A program made the translations under genes and the position numbers. Below, piece by piece: positions 20,811 through 29,108 of a stretch of DNA of 64,000 bases. Below the pieces are notes generated by a model, which worked only from the letters and a program-made list of their open reading frames with translations, had not been told where the DNA came from and did no database searches. Positions within the stretch are counted from its first letter, which is position 1, and every line of letters begins with the position of its first letter. The stretch is taken from positions 17,232 through 81,231 of the forward strand of contig JAGPMN010000001.1 in the NCBI GenBank assembly GCA_018052825.1, in the 5' to 3' direction. This stretch comes from Methanothrix sp. (GTDB lineage: Archaea > Halobacteriota > Methanosarcinia > Methanotrichales > Methanotrichaceae).

Positions 20811-22949
20811 ATGGATCACTACCAGGACAAATTCCCCTACCTGCCCGCCAGGATATGCCGTCTGGGCGAGCTTGCCTGCAACCTCTGGTGGAGCTGGCAT
20901 CCGGAGGCAAAGGCCCTATTTCATATGCTGGCTGAAAACGGCTCGATCCTAAATACAAAGGCGCAAAATCCGGTCGAGCTCCTCGCCGGGGCAGAGAGGT
21001 CCCTGCTCGACTCTGCGGCAGCAGATCCCCGGTTCCTGAGGCACTATGACGCAGTCATGGCCAGATTCGACGCAGATGTCGGAGGCTACGATAGCTGGTT
21101 TGCCTCCAAGATCTCCAACCGCGAGCACTGCACCATCGCCTACTTCTCAGCAGAGTTCGGGCTGCACCACTCGCTTCCATTCTACGCAGGAGGGCTTGGA
21201 TTTCTGGCTGGCGATTTCCTCAAGGAGGGCAGCGACCTGGGCATTCCCCTGGTCGGCATAGGATTCATGTATCCCGAAGGCTACCTGCACCAGAGGCTCT
21301 CCCCTGACGGCTGGCAGATCAATGAGAGCGAATCTCTGGACAGGAGCAAAGCCCCCATCTGCCGGGTGCTTGACGATCAAGGCAGGCCGATGCTGCTGAG
21401 GGTCCCTGCCTGTGAGCTTCCCATATATTTCGAGGTCTGGAAGGCGCAGATCGGGCGGGTTCCCCTCTACCTGATAGACACTGACATAGAGGCCAACCGT
21501 CCCGCCCACCGGGGCATATCATCGCGCCTTTACATCGGTGATCGTGAGCAGCGTCTAGTGCAGGAGATGATCCTTGGAATGGGGGGAATGCAGATCCTCC
21601 GGGCACTGGGCATAGACAACTCTGTTCTGCACCTAAACGAGGGGCACTCTGCCTTCGCCATCCTTGAGAAGGCCCGGCAGATGGTTGAGAGTGGAGTTGG
21701 CCGCAGCGAAGCCATGGATCGCATTCGAAAGACAACCGTATTCACAACTCACACCCCAGTGCCTGAGGGCCACGACGTCTTCTCCTTCGATCTTCTGGAC
21801 AGATACTTTTCCTCATATATCCCAACGCTTGGCATGGATATGGAGGAGTTCCACCGCCTGGGCAGCGACCCCATGCAGCCAGAGGCGGGCTTCAACATGA
21901 CAGTCTTTGCCCTGAGAATGGCCTGCTTCTGCAATGCTGTGAGCATGAAGCACGGCCAGGTAGCGAGGAGGATGTGGCGACACCTCTGGCCAGATCAAGA
22001 GGCTGCCCCCATCCGCCACATAACAAATGGTGTGCATCTTCCGACCTGGATCGACCCCCGGCTGGCGTCGCTCTTCAACATATATCTGGGACCGAAGTGG
22101 CTGGATGATCACGACGACCCCTACATATGGCAGCTCGTCGATGACATTCCAGATGAAAAGCTGTGGATGGTGCACCGCCTGCAGAAGATGCTCCTTGTCT
22201 CTATGATGCAGGAGAAGGCGCGCCTGCGCTGGATGGAGAATGCCGATCCGCGTATCATCCTGGCCTCTGGAATAATGTTCGATCCCAATGTCATCACACT
22301 GGGCTTTGCCAGGCGCTTTGCCTCATACAAGAGGGCCAGCCTCATACTCTCTGACAGGCAAAGGCTCAAGGCGATCCTGGGCAGCAGGAGGATGCCTGTG
22401 CAGATCGTATTCGCCGGAAAGGCGCACCCGTCTGATGATGCCGGAAAGCGTCTGATCCAGCAGGTCTTCAATATCGCCAGCGATCCGGAGTTCGGGGGCC
22501 GGGTGGCATTTATTGAGGACTATAATGAAGAGCTGGCTTCATATCTGGTGCGCGGCGTGGATGTGTGGCTGAACAACCCCCAGCCTCCCTTTGAGGCCTC
22601 GGGGACGAGCGGCATAAAGGCGGGCATAAACGGAGTGCTTCACCTCAGTGTCCTGGACGGATGGTGGATCGAGGGCTACAACGGCTTAAACGGCTGGGCA
22701 TTTGACGGAGACGGGAACGGTTCGGCAGAGAAGGATGCCGATCAGCTCTACACCCTCCTCGAGAGGCAGATAGTACCCCTCTACTACCAGAAAGATGAGA
22801 ACGGGATCTCGACCGGCTGGATTCGCATCATGAAGGAGTCCATAAAGAGTGCCGCTCCCAGGTTCAGCTCGCGGAGGATGGTCAAGGAGTATGCACTCAC
22901 CTTTTACAGGGAGGCGCTACGCCAGTCCCGCCTGGTGGATACGCCTTAA
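20811..22949 (+). CDS. glgP: Alpha-glucan phosphorylase (GT35, GlgP family)
   Basis: 712 aa. GGLGFLAGDFLKEGSDLGIPLVGIGFMY...FAGKAHPSDDAGKRLIQ (PLP-lysine region). Confidence 0.85.
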   Translation: MDHYQDKFPYLPARICRLGELACNLWWSWHPEAKALFHMLAENGSILNTKAQNPVELLAGAERSLLDSAAADPRFLRHYDAVMARFDADVGGYDSWFASKISNREHCTIAYFSAEFGLHHSLPFYAGGLGFLAGDFLKEGSDLGIPLVGIGFMYPEGYLHQRLSPDGWQINESESLDRSKAPICRVLDDQGRPMLLRVPACELPIYFEVWKAQIGRVPLYLIDTDIEANRPAHRGISSRLYIGDREQRLVQEMILGMGGMQILRALGIDNSVLHLNEGHSAFAILEKARQMVESGVGRSEAMDRIRKTTVFTTHTPVPEGHDVFSFDLLDRYFSSYIPTLGMDMEEFHRLGSDPMQPEAGFNMTVFALRMACFCNAVSMKHGQVARRMWRHLWPDQEAAPIRHITNGVHLPTWIDPRLASLFNIYLGPKWLDDHDDPYIWQLVDDIPDEKLWMVHRLQKMLLVSMMQEKARLRWMENADPRIILASGIMFDPNVITLGFARRFASYKRASLILSDRQRLKAILGSRRMPVQIVFAGKAHPSDDAGKRLIQQVFNIASDPEFGGRVAFIEDYNEELASYLVRGVDVWLNNPQPPFEASGTSGIKAGINGVLHLSVLDGWWIEGYNGLNGWAFDGDGNGSAEKDADQLYTLLERQIVPLYYQKDENGISTGWIRIMKESIKSAAPRFSSRRMVKEYALTFYREALRQSRLVDTP

Positions 22950-22987
22950 ATATTTGTGAAGTCATCTCCTGGATAAGGAGATAGATC

Positions 22988-23860
22988 ATGCGATTTGGAA
23001 ATGATAGCTCAAAAGCCAAAGCACTGCTCTTCCTAGCGGCTTTTGCTGCACTTTTCTGCATCCAGTGTGCTGCAGCCTTCGCAGGAGGCAATGCCGGAGA
23101 TGAAGCAGCGGTCAATGTCTTAGCTTCTGCTGGCAAAGCTGTTAAAGGGCAGAATGATGACGATATACTCTTTCAGGTCTCCATCATAGACGGCCTAATG
23201 CAGGGCGTTTACGATGGCTTCTTCCCCCTTGAGGATCTGAGGAATCACGGCGACTTCGGTATAGGCACATTCGATTCCCTCGACGGAGAGATGGTGGCCC
23301 TGGATGGAGAGTACTACCAGGTCAAAACGGATGGAGTCGCATATCTCGTAGGCGGCGATGTGACCACTCCCTTCTCAACAGTGACATTCTTCCACGTGGA
23401 TGAAGCCGCAGCAATTCATAATGCGGAAAATATGACTGAGCTATCCCTGCAGATCGACGAAATCCTTCCCTCTAAAAACGTCTTTTATGCTCTGAGGATC
23501 GACGGGACATTCCCGTACGTTAAGACCAGGAGCGTTCCCAGGCAGGACAGGCCCTATCTCCGGCTGGTCGATGCCATCAAGAACCAGACGGTCTTCGAGA
23601 TGGAAAACGTGACTGGGACGGTTGTGGGCATCTGGGCTCCCCAGTTCTCCGAGGGGCTCAATGTGCCCGGATATCACCTTCATTTCATAACCGCCGACCG
23701 GAGGGCCGGTGGGCATATCCTGGACATTGCAGTCGATGAAGGTGAGGTGCTCCTGGACATCACATCTGGCTTTGCCATGGAGCTGCCGAAGGATGGGGAC
23801 TTCTACAGCGTGGACCTGAGCAAAGACCTGCAGTCGGAGCTAGAGAAGGTGGAGGGATGA
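22988..23860 (+). CDS. Alpha-acetolactate decarboxylase family protein with N-terminal signal-like segment
   Basis: ILFQVSIIDGLMQGVYDG...GDFGIGTFDSLDGEMVALDGEYYQV...GYHLHFITADRRAGGHILD. It is preceded by the hydrophobic KALLFLAAFAALFCIQCAAAFAGG. Confidence 0.8.
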   Translation: MRFGNDSSKAKALLFLAAFAALFCIQCAAAFAGGNAGDEAAVNVLASAGKAVKGQNDDDILFQVSIIDGLMQGVYDGFFPLEDLRNHGDFGIGTFDSLDGEMVALDGEYYQVKTDGVAYLVGGDVTTPFSTVTFFHVDEAAAIHNAENMTELSLQIDEILPSKNVFYALRIDGTFPYVKTRSVPRQDRPYLRLVDAIKNQTVFEMENVTGTVVGIWAPQFSEGLNVPGYHLHFITADRRAGGHILDIAVDEGEVLLDITSGFAMELPKDGDFYSVDLSKDLQSELEKVEG

Positions 23861-24060
23861 GATGCCGAAAACCCCGGCAATAATTGGACTTGCTGGCATG
23901 AGCGACGATTACAAGAGCGCGATACATAGACCACATTCTGCCCTGACTGAGGATGGCGAATCCAGCATTCCGGCATCCTCCTGCTTGCCGGTGTTATCCG
24001 AATTGACGTGATTGTCTGGCACTACTTCCTCCGGGAAGGACAGCTGGCGGAGCTAGCTGA

Positions 24061-24873
24061 TCACGTCCCTATCTTCACCGGCTGTACAATCGATTTGAGC
24101 GTGGCTATGGCTGACAGCGCAGCCAGGTAGCTGGTCCTTGGATTTCTGGGAGATGGTATGTTCTCAACCCTGGTTGCGATCCTGCCGAAGTCTCCCTCCA
24201 CCTCGATCTCGTGACGGTTGACATCTATAGCCGGATCGGCAGCCACCTTAACCCGGACATCCACCCCACCCCCTGCCAGGTACAGCGTCGCAGCCACATT
24301 GACGTTGGCAGGAAAGGCCCTGACCGCCTCCAGGGCGCTCCCCTCGAATATGACCTGCCGCCCGGCCAGACCGTCCAGATCGATATTATTTTCCACTATG
24401 TAGGGCGCGCCAGCCAGGCTCCTGGGATTCTTGGTGGTGGTGAGTGTGATCCTTCGAATCTTCCCTATGCTGGCAGACTTCAGGCCGTCCACGCCGGAAA
24501 TGGCCCCCGAAGGCAAAAACACCTGTGAGCCGTGTGCCTGAGCCAGCCTGGTGACCTCCTCTAATAGGGCAGCATCAGTGAGCGCTCCCACGCTCATGAT
24601 CATCAGCCTCCTTCCCTTTCTCAGCGCCGCCCTCGCGATGGAAGGGACCGCCCTCTGGGAAGCCGCCTCGACCACCACATCGGACAGCTCCACCAGCTCC
24701 TCCAGCCCGGCCCTGACCGGCCTCTTTTTCAGGCTCTCTATCAGAGCCTCAGCCGAGGCTGCATTGTGGTCGCAGACGGCCACCAAATTCGCATCTATCA
24801 CGCCGCTATCGATCGCCTTTGCGATCTCGGTCCCGATGACCCCGCACCCGACAAGCCCGACATTGATAGGCAT
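24061..24873 (-). CDS. nadX: L-aspartate dehydrogenase
   Basis: MPINVGLVGCGVIGTEIAKAI. 270 aa. Divergent from nadC. Confidence 0.85.
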   Translation of the reverse strand: MPINVGLVGCGVIGTEIAKAIDSGVIDANLVAVCDHNAASAEALIESLKKRPVRAGLEELVELSDVVVEAASQRAVPSIARAALRKGRRLMIMSVGALTDAALLEEVTRLAQAHGSQVFLPSGAISGVDGLKSASIGKIRRITLTTTKNPRSLAGAPYIVENNIDLDGLAGRQVIFEGSALEAVRAFPANVNVAATLYLAGGGVDVRVKVAADPAIDVNRHEIEVEGDFGRIATRVENIPSPRNPRTSYLAALSAIATLKSIVQPVKIGT

Positions 24874-24913
24874 CGGAGGCTATAAATCGATTGGCCTTCA
24901 AAACCTTTGCGGT

Positions 24914-25762
24914 ATGCTGAGATCCGACATGGAGAGGTTCATAGATGAGGATATAGGCGAGTGCGACGACTCGAGCGGGCTGGTCCCTGAGGTTGAGGCC
25001 TACGCTGCAGTCATCGCCAGAGAGGAGTGCATCATATCCGGCCTGGCTGAGGCAGTGCAGATCTTCCAGCACTTCGGCCTGACAGCGGAGACCCTCTACG
25101 ACGATGGCGAGTTTGTGCCTGCGAATAGCTATGTCTTGACAGTTCAGGGCAGCAGTCGGTCCATTTTGCAGAGCGAGAGGCTGGCCCTGAACTTTCTCGC
25201 CAGGATGAGCGGCATATCCACTCTCACCCACAGGTGCGTTTTGGCAGGTGGCGGAAGGGTGCGCATCGCCGCGACCAGAAAGACCACTCCAGGCTTTCGC
25301 GCTTATGAAAAGAAGGCAGTCTTCCTGGGCGGGGGGGACACCCACAGGTTCAACCTCTCCGATGCAGTGCTCATCAAGGACAATCACATCAGGATCTGCG
25401 GCCTGGAAGAGTGCCTCCGTACGGCCTGCATGAGGGCGAGCTTCACAAAGAAGATCGAGGTAGAGGTGGAGAGCCTGGAAGAGATGCTGGCCGCCGCACA
25501 GGGCGGCGCAGACATCATCATGTTCGACAACATGCCCCCAAAAAAGATCGCAGAGGGCGTGAGACTTCTATCTGAAAAAGGCCTGCGCAAGGGCATAATA
25601 CTGGAGGCGTCGGGTGGCATCAGCCTGGAGAGCATTCCTGATTACGCAGGCTGCGGGGTTGACGTGCTCTCCCTGGGAGAGCTTACCAGAAACGCCCGGT
25701 GGATAGACCTCTCCCTGGAGATAGCTCCCCAGAAAGATTTAATAAAGCTGAAAGAGCCCTGA
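24914..25762 (+). CDS. nadC: Nicotinate-nucleotide (quinolinate) pyrophosphorylase
   Basis: ERLALNFLARMSGISTLT...ATRKTTPGFRAYEKKAVFLGGGDTHRFNLSDAVLIKDNH. ATG 24914. The track ORF from 24551 is an antisense-of-nadX extension. Confidence 0.9.
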   Translation: MLRSDMERFIDEDIGECDDSSGLVPEVEAYAAVIAREECIISGLAEAVQIFQHFGLTAETLYDDGEFVPANSYVLTVQGSSRSILQSERLALNFLARMSGISTLTHRCVLAGGGRVRIAATRKTTPGFRAYEKKAVFLGGGDTHRFNLSDAVLIKDNHIRICGLEECLRTACMRASFTKKIEVEVESLEEMLAAAQGGADIIMFDNMPPKKIAEGVRLLSEKGLRKGIILEASGGISLESIPDYAGCGVDVLSLGELTRNARWIDLSLEIAPQKDLIKLKEP

Positions 25763-25789
25763 AGGATTATAACGCGATGGTGGTCCGAC

Positions 25790-26962
25790 ATGCGGCTTAA
25801 GCTCATAGTCTGTCTGCTGCTTTTTGTGCTCTTGATGAGTTCTGCCCTGGCTGAGAATGATGATGACAACGGTGATGAGGTTACATTCAAGGACTTCAAC
25901 CTGAATCTCGGCGACCGGATTGATGTCGGCGACTATAAGATGGAGCTTATCGAAATCCAGTCGGTAAGAGACGGGCTGGCAGTGATGCGCGTATCCCGGG
26001 CTGGCGGGGCTCTGGACGAGCAGAGGGCCTTTCTCATAGATAGCGCCAACAGCTTCGATGGAGGCGCGGAACGCGGCGGGGTCACCGTCACGGTAACAGA
26101 TATCTTCGATGAGCAGTCAGCCAAGGTGAGGATCGAGTACAAGGAGAGCCTGGGCTCTGCCAGGAAGAGGGCCTCGGAGCGGCCGGCCGTCCCTCCTGAC
26201 AGGCCTGAGATATCAGTGCAGAAGAGCTTCGACAAGAGCCAGATCAGAGTTGGAGACGAGGTCAAGGTCACCATCACAGTCAAGAATACGGGCACTGGAC
26301 AGGCTCTGAACATAGCAGTGGATGATGCGCCCCCCCTTCCGGAGTTCTCATATGTGGCAGGCTACCCTCCCAGGATCAGGGAGACGCTCGATCCGGGACA
26401 GTCTGATTCGGCGGTATATGTCATGAGTGCCGTAAAAGAGGGCTCCGTTCGCGTTCCTGCGGTTCAGGTCACTTATACCGACTCCAGGAAGAATCCCAAA
26501 TCCAATAGCTCCGAACCATTCGATATCCAGATCGGCCCACCGAGCCGGGCCGATCTGGCCATAGAATTGGAGGGGCCGGCGTCCCTGTCCGTGGATGGCG
26601 AAGCACCGGCCAATGTGAGCATCAAAAACATGGGGACGGCCTCTGCAACCAGGATAGTGATCGAGGGCGATGTGAAGCCGCCTGAGGGCCTGGCGGTCAC
26701 AAACCTGGAGAGGAGCATATTTGAAATCCAGCCTGGCGCGCAGGAGAATTACTCCATGCACCTCACAGGCCGCACCCCCGGCGATTATGTCATAGTGCTC
26801 AAGGCAGGCTATGACGGCGGAGACGGAACGCGGACAGCGGAGGCCGCACTCAAGGTGTCGGTCCTGGAACGAGAGTATAAATACTTATATCTGCTAATTG
26901 CAGTTCCAGTTGTAATTGTGGCTGTATGGATGTACCGCAGATACAGAGAGTATAAATATTGA
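25790..26962 (+). CDS. Cell-surface protein with CARDB/DUF11-like Ig-fold repeats and C-terminal TM anchor
   Basis: Signal peptide MRLKLIVCLLLFVLLMSSALA. Repeats VGDEVKVTITVKNTGTGQALNIAVDD and PANVSIKNMGTASATRIVIEGD. C-terminal LYLLIAVPVVIVAVWMYRRYREYKY. Confidence 0.7.
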   Translation: MRLKLIVCLLLFVLLMSSALAENDDDNGDEVTFKDFNLNLGDRIDVGDYKMELIEIQSVRDGLAVMRVSRAGGALDEQRAFLIDSANSFDGGAERGGVTVTVTDIFDEQSAKVRIEYKESLGSARKRASERPAVPPDRPEISVQKSFDKSQIRVGDEVKVTITVKNTGTGQALNIAVDDAPPLPEFSYVAGYPPRIRETLDPGQSDSAVYVMSAVKEGSVRVPAVQVTYTDSRKNPKSNSSEPFDIQIGPPSRADLAIELEGPASLSVDGEAPANVSIKNMGTASATRIVIEGDVKPPEGLAVTNLERSIFEIQPGAQENYSMHLTGRTPGDYVIVLKAGYDGGDGTRTAEAALKVSVLEREYKYLYLLIAVPVVIVAVWMYRRYREYKY

Positions 26963-26984
26963 GAAAGAGGTAAGATTTGATATC

Positions 26985-28094
26985 ATGCTCAATGTATTGA
27001 TGCTTGGCGTAGGCCAGTGCGGAAACCGCATTCTGGACGCGATAAATAAGGAGGCCTTCGGAGGAAGCAGCGCCTCCAAGCTCGCCAAGTATTACCTTAA
27101 GCCCAAGTTCCCCAGCCGCGTAGAGACGCTGGCCATCAACACAGCTGTCAACGACCTCAAAGAGCTGCGCTTCACCACTGCCAAGGATAGGCTGCATGTT
27201 CCCAATCTGCATGGAGTGGGCGCCAACAGAAATGTGGGCAAGCAGGCCTTCATGGATAATCGCGACATGATCATGGGGGAGATCGAGAAGAGAGGCGACT
27301 TCGATCTCGCCTTTGTCATCACATCCACATCGGGCGGCACGGGCTCCTCTTTTTCGCCTCTGCTCATCAATGAGCTGAAACGGCAGTACCGCAGCATCAC
27401 TGTGATCACAGTTGCCGTCCTGCCCTTCCGGGAGGAGGGCTCCATCTACCTGCAAAATGCAGCCTTCTGCATGCGCGAGCTGATGGAGGTTGAGGCGGAG
27501 GGCATAATCCTGGCGGACAACCAGTACATGAAGAGGTTTTCCGGTGACATCGCCTCCGCCTATGACAGGATCAACGGCATGATCGCCCAGAGGCTGCTGT
27601 TTTTGGTCGAATCCCTGGACTCTGAGATGCTCTCCGTAACCGACCTCGGCGACTTCAAGACTGTGATGAACGGCGGCCTGCACATAGGCACAATGGGATT
27701 TTACCAGGCGGACAGCAAGAACCAGTCCATCCGGGACGCCATTGAGAACAGCCTCAAGCCGGCAAACCTCCTCTATCCGGCCAATGTGGCGGACGATGCG
27801 GCCAGGGCCATGGTCATCATCCAGGGCTCTCGCGAGCACCTGGATGTGGATGAGATCACGAGAGAGGTGGAGAGGCTCTCGGCCAGCGCCGGACATGTCT
27901 TCAAGGGGATTGTGGTCAAGAAGGGCCGGCCTAAGGTGCTCTCTGTATTCACACTGACAGCGGCACCTGAGCTGGAGGGAATCTATTCCCAGGCGGCAAG
28001 GGCCATGCAGGACGAGAAGGAGAGGAGGACTAGAGCGAGGAAACAGCTCGATGATGCCTTCGCCCATATCGAGGACCTGGAAGAGATCTATTGA
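26985..28094 (+). CDS. Tubulin/FtsZ-superfamily GTPase, CetZ-like
   Basis: T1 loop MLGVGQCGNRI, T4 SGGTGSS, HGVGANRNVG, VLPFREEGSIYLQNAAFCM and IILADNQ line up with my recollection of CetZ1. ATG 26985 follows GAGG. The track starts at 26916 inside the upstream gene. Confidence 0.8.
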   Translation: MLNVLMLGVGQCGNRILDAINKEAFGGSSASKLAKYYLKPKFPSRVETLAINTAVNDLKELRFTTAKDRLHVPNLHGVGANRNVGKQAFMDNRDMIMGEIEKRGDFDLAFVITSTSGGTGSSFSPLLINELKRQYRSITVITVAVLPFREEGSIYLQNAAFCMRELMEVEAEGIILADNQYMKRFSGDIASAYDRINGMIAQRLLFLVESLDSEMLSVTDLGDFKTVMNGGLHIGTMGFYQADSKNQSIRDAIENSLKPANLLYPANVADDAARAMVIIQGSREHLDVDEITREVERLSASAGHVFKGIVVKKGRPKVLSVFTLTAAPELEGIYSQAARAMQDEKERRTRARKQLDDAFAHIEDLEEIY

Positions 28095-28096
28095 TA

Positions 28097-29092
28097 TCAG
28101 CAGGGCACAGCCACGTATATGTTGTGCTTGTTGCTCACGATCTGCACCCTCACGCTCCCCTCCTTGACAGGGCAGTCCATCACCGAAACCACCCTGTTTT
28201 TGGCCACTCCCATCTGCTCTCCAGCGAGCCAGCCAGGCGCCCTGATATGCACCCAGGCCTTCTGCCTCTTCTCGAAGACCGTGGGTATCATGGGCCTCCT
28301 CTCGATTGAAAAGTCCTGGGGCCTGAGGCGCAGAGGTATTGAGAACTGCTCCTCCCATGCGGCCAGGCTGCGGTTGTAGAACTGCCACCAGCTTTGCGCC
28401 TTCACCCTGCCGGGAGACCTGCCCAGCCGGTAGTGCTCGAACTTCTGTATGCCGAGGGCGGGCCACCTCTTGCCGGCGCCCACGCGGATGGCGAACCGGA
28501 TCAGCTCCGGTATGTCCCCGTCATTGATGCCGGGGATATAAACAGGCGCTATCATCAGATCGATGGCGCTCTCTGCAATTCTCTCAGCAGCGTGCTTTAC
28601 CCTCTCTATATCAAACCAGGGCGCTCCAGCCAGGTATGCCGCCCTTTCCGGATTCAGGGAATGGATGGACAGGTTGATCCTGTCGAGACCCGCCTTCTCC
28701 AGGGCAGCAATCATTTCATCATCGAGAAGTGTGCCGTTGCTCTGCATTGAAACGACGGCGACCTCTTTTATGCCCTTCATGGCAGCCACAAGCTCGGCGA
28801 TTCTGGGATAGAGCATGGGCTCGCCTGGAGAGTCAATGTGGCACTCCACACCCGCCCCTTTGAAGGACGCGATCTCAGCCACCGCCTCCATCAGGTAGTC
28901 CAGATCCACCTGATAGTCTGTGACGCGGGTGGCGGACGCAGGCCCGGCATCGACAGAGCAGAATGGGCAGCTCAAGTTGCAGCCGCAGCTCGGCCGGATC
29001 TGCAGGAGATTGCTGCCACGGTCCACAACACCGAAGTAGAGGCATCCGACCAGGGGGATTTCCGACCGGCGGGTTATATGAAATACAGGCAT
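28097..29092 (-). CDS. Radical SAM protein
   Basis: CGCNLSCPFCSVD is a CxxxCxxC motif. ATG 29092 (MPVFHITRR...) lies 16 nt downstream of the S8 protease stop. The track start at 29116 is a TTG. Confidence 0.8.
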   Translation of the reverse strand: MPVFHITRRSEIPLVGCLYFGVVDRGSNLLQIRPSCGCNLSCPFCSVDAGPASATRVTDYQVDLDYLMEAVAEIASFKGAGVECHIDSPGEPMLYPRIAELVAAMKGIKEVAVVSMQSNGTLLDDEMIAALEKAGLDRINLSIHSLNPERAAYLAGAPWFDIERVKHAAERIAESAIDLMIAPVYIPGINDGDIPELIRFAIRVGAGKRWPALGIQKFEHYRLGRSPGRVKAQSWWQFYNRSLAAWEEQFSIPLRLRPQDFSIERRPMIPTVFEKRQKAWVHIRAPGWLAGEQMGVAKNRVVSVMDCPVKEGSVRVQIVSNKHNIYVAVPC

Positions 29093-29108
29093 ATATCTGT
29101 ATCCGCAA

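Noticed and set aside
23862-24011. 49-aa ORF directly after the acetolactate decarboxylase gene
   Set aside because: It has no motif, no SD or TATA, and unremarkable composition. The evidence is insufficient to call it.
24551-24913. N-terminal 121-codon extension of the nadC ORF
   Set aside because: It lies antisense to nadX with a Ser/Thr/Ala-rich translation. NadC homology begins at MLRSDMERF (ATG 24914).
26850-28466. 538-aa ORF on the minus strand spanning the CetZ-like gene and part of the radical SAM gene
   Set aside because: It runs antisense to a gene with clear tubulin/FtsZ motifs. Its translation is Arg/Gly/Pro/His-rich and low-complexity, typical of shadow ORFs in GC-rich DNA, and no motif was recognised.
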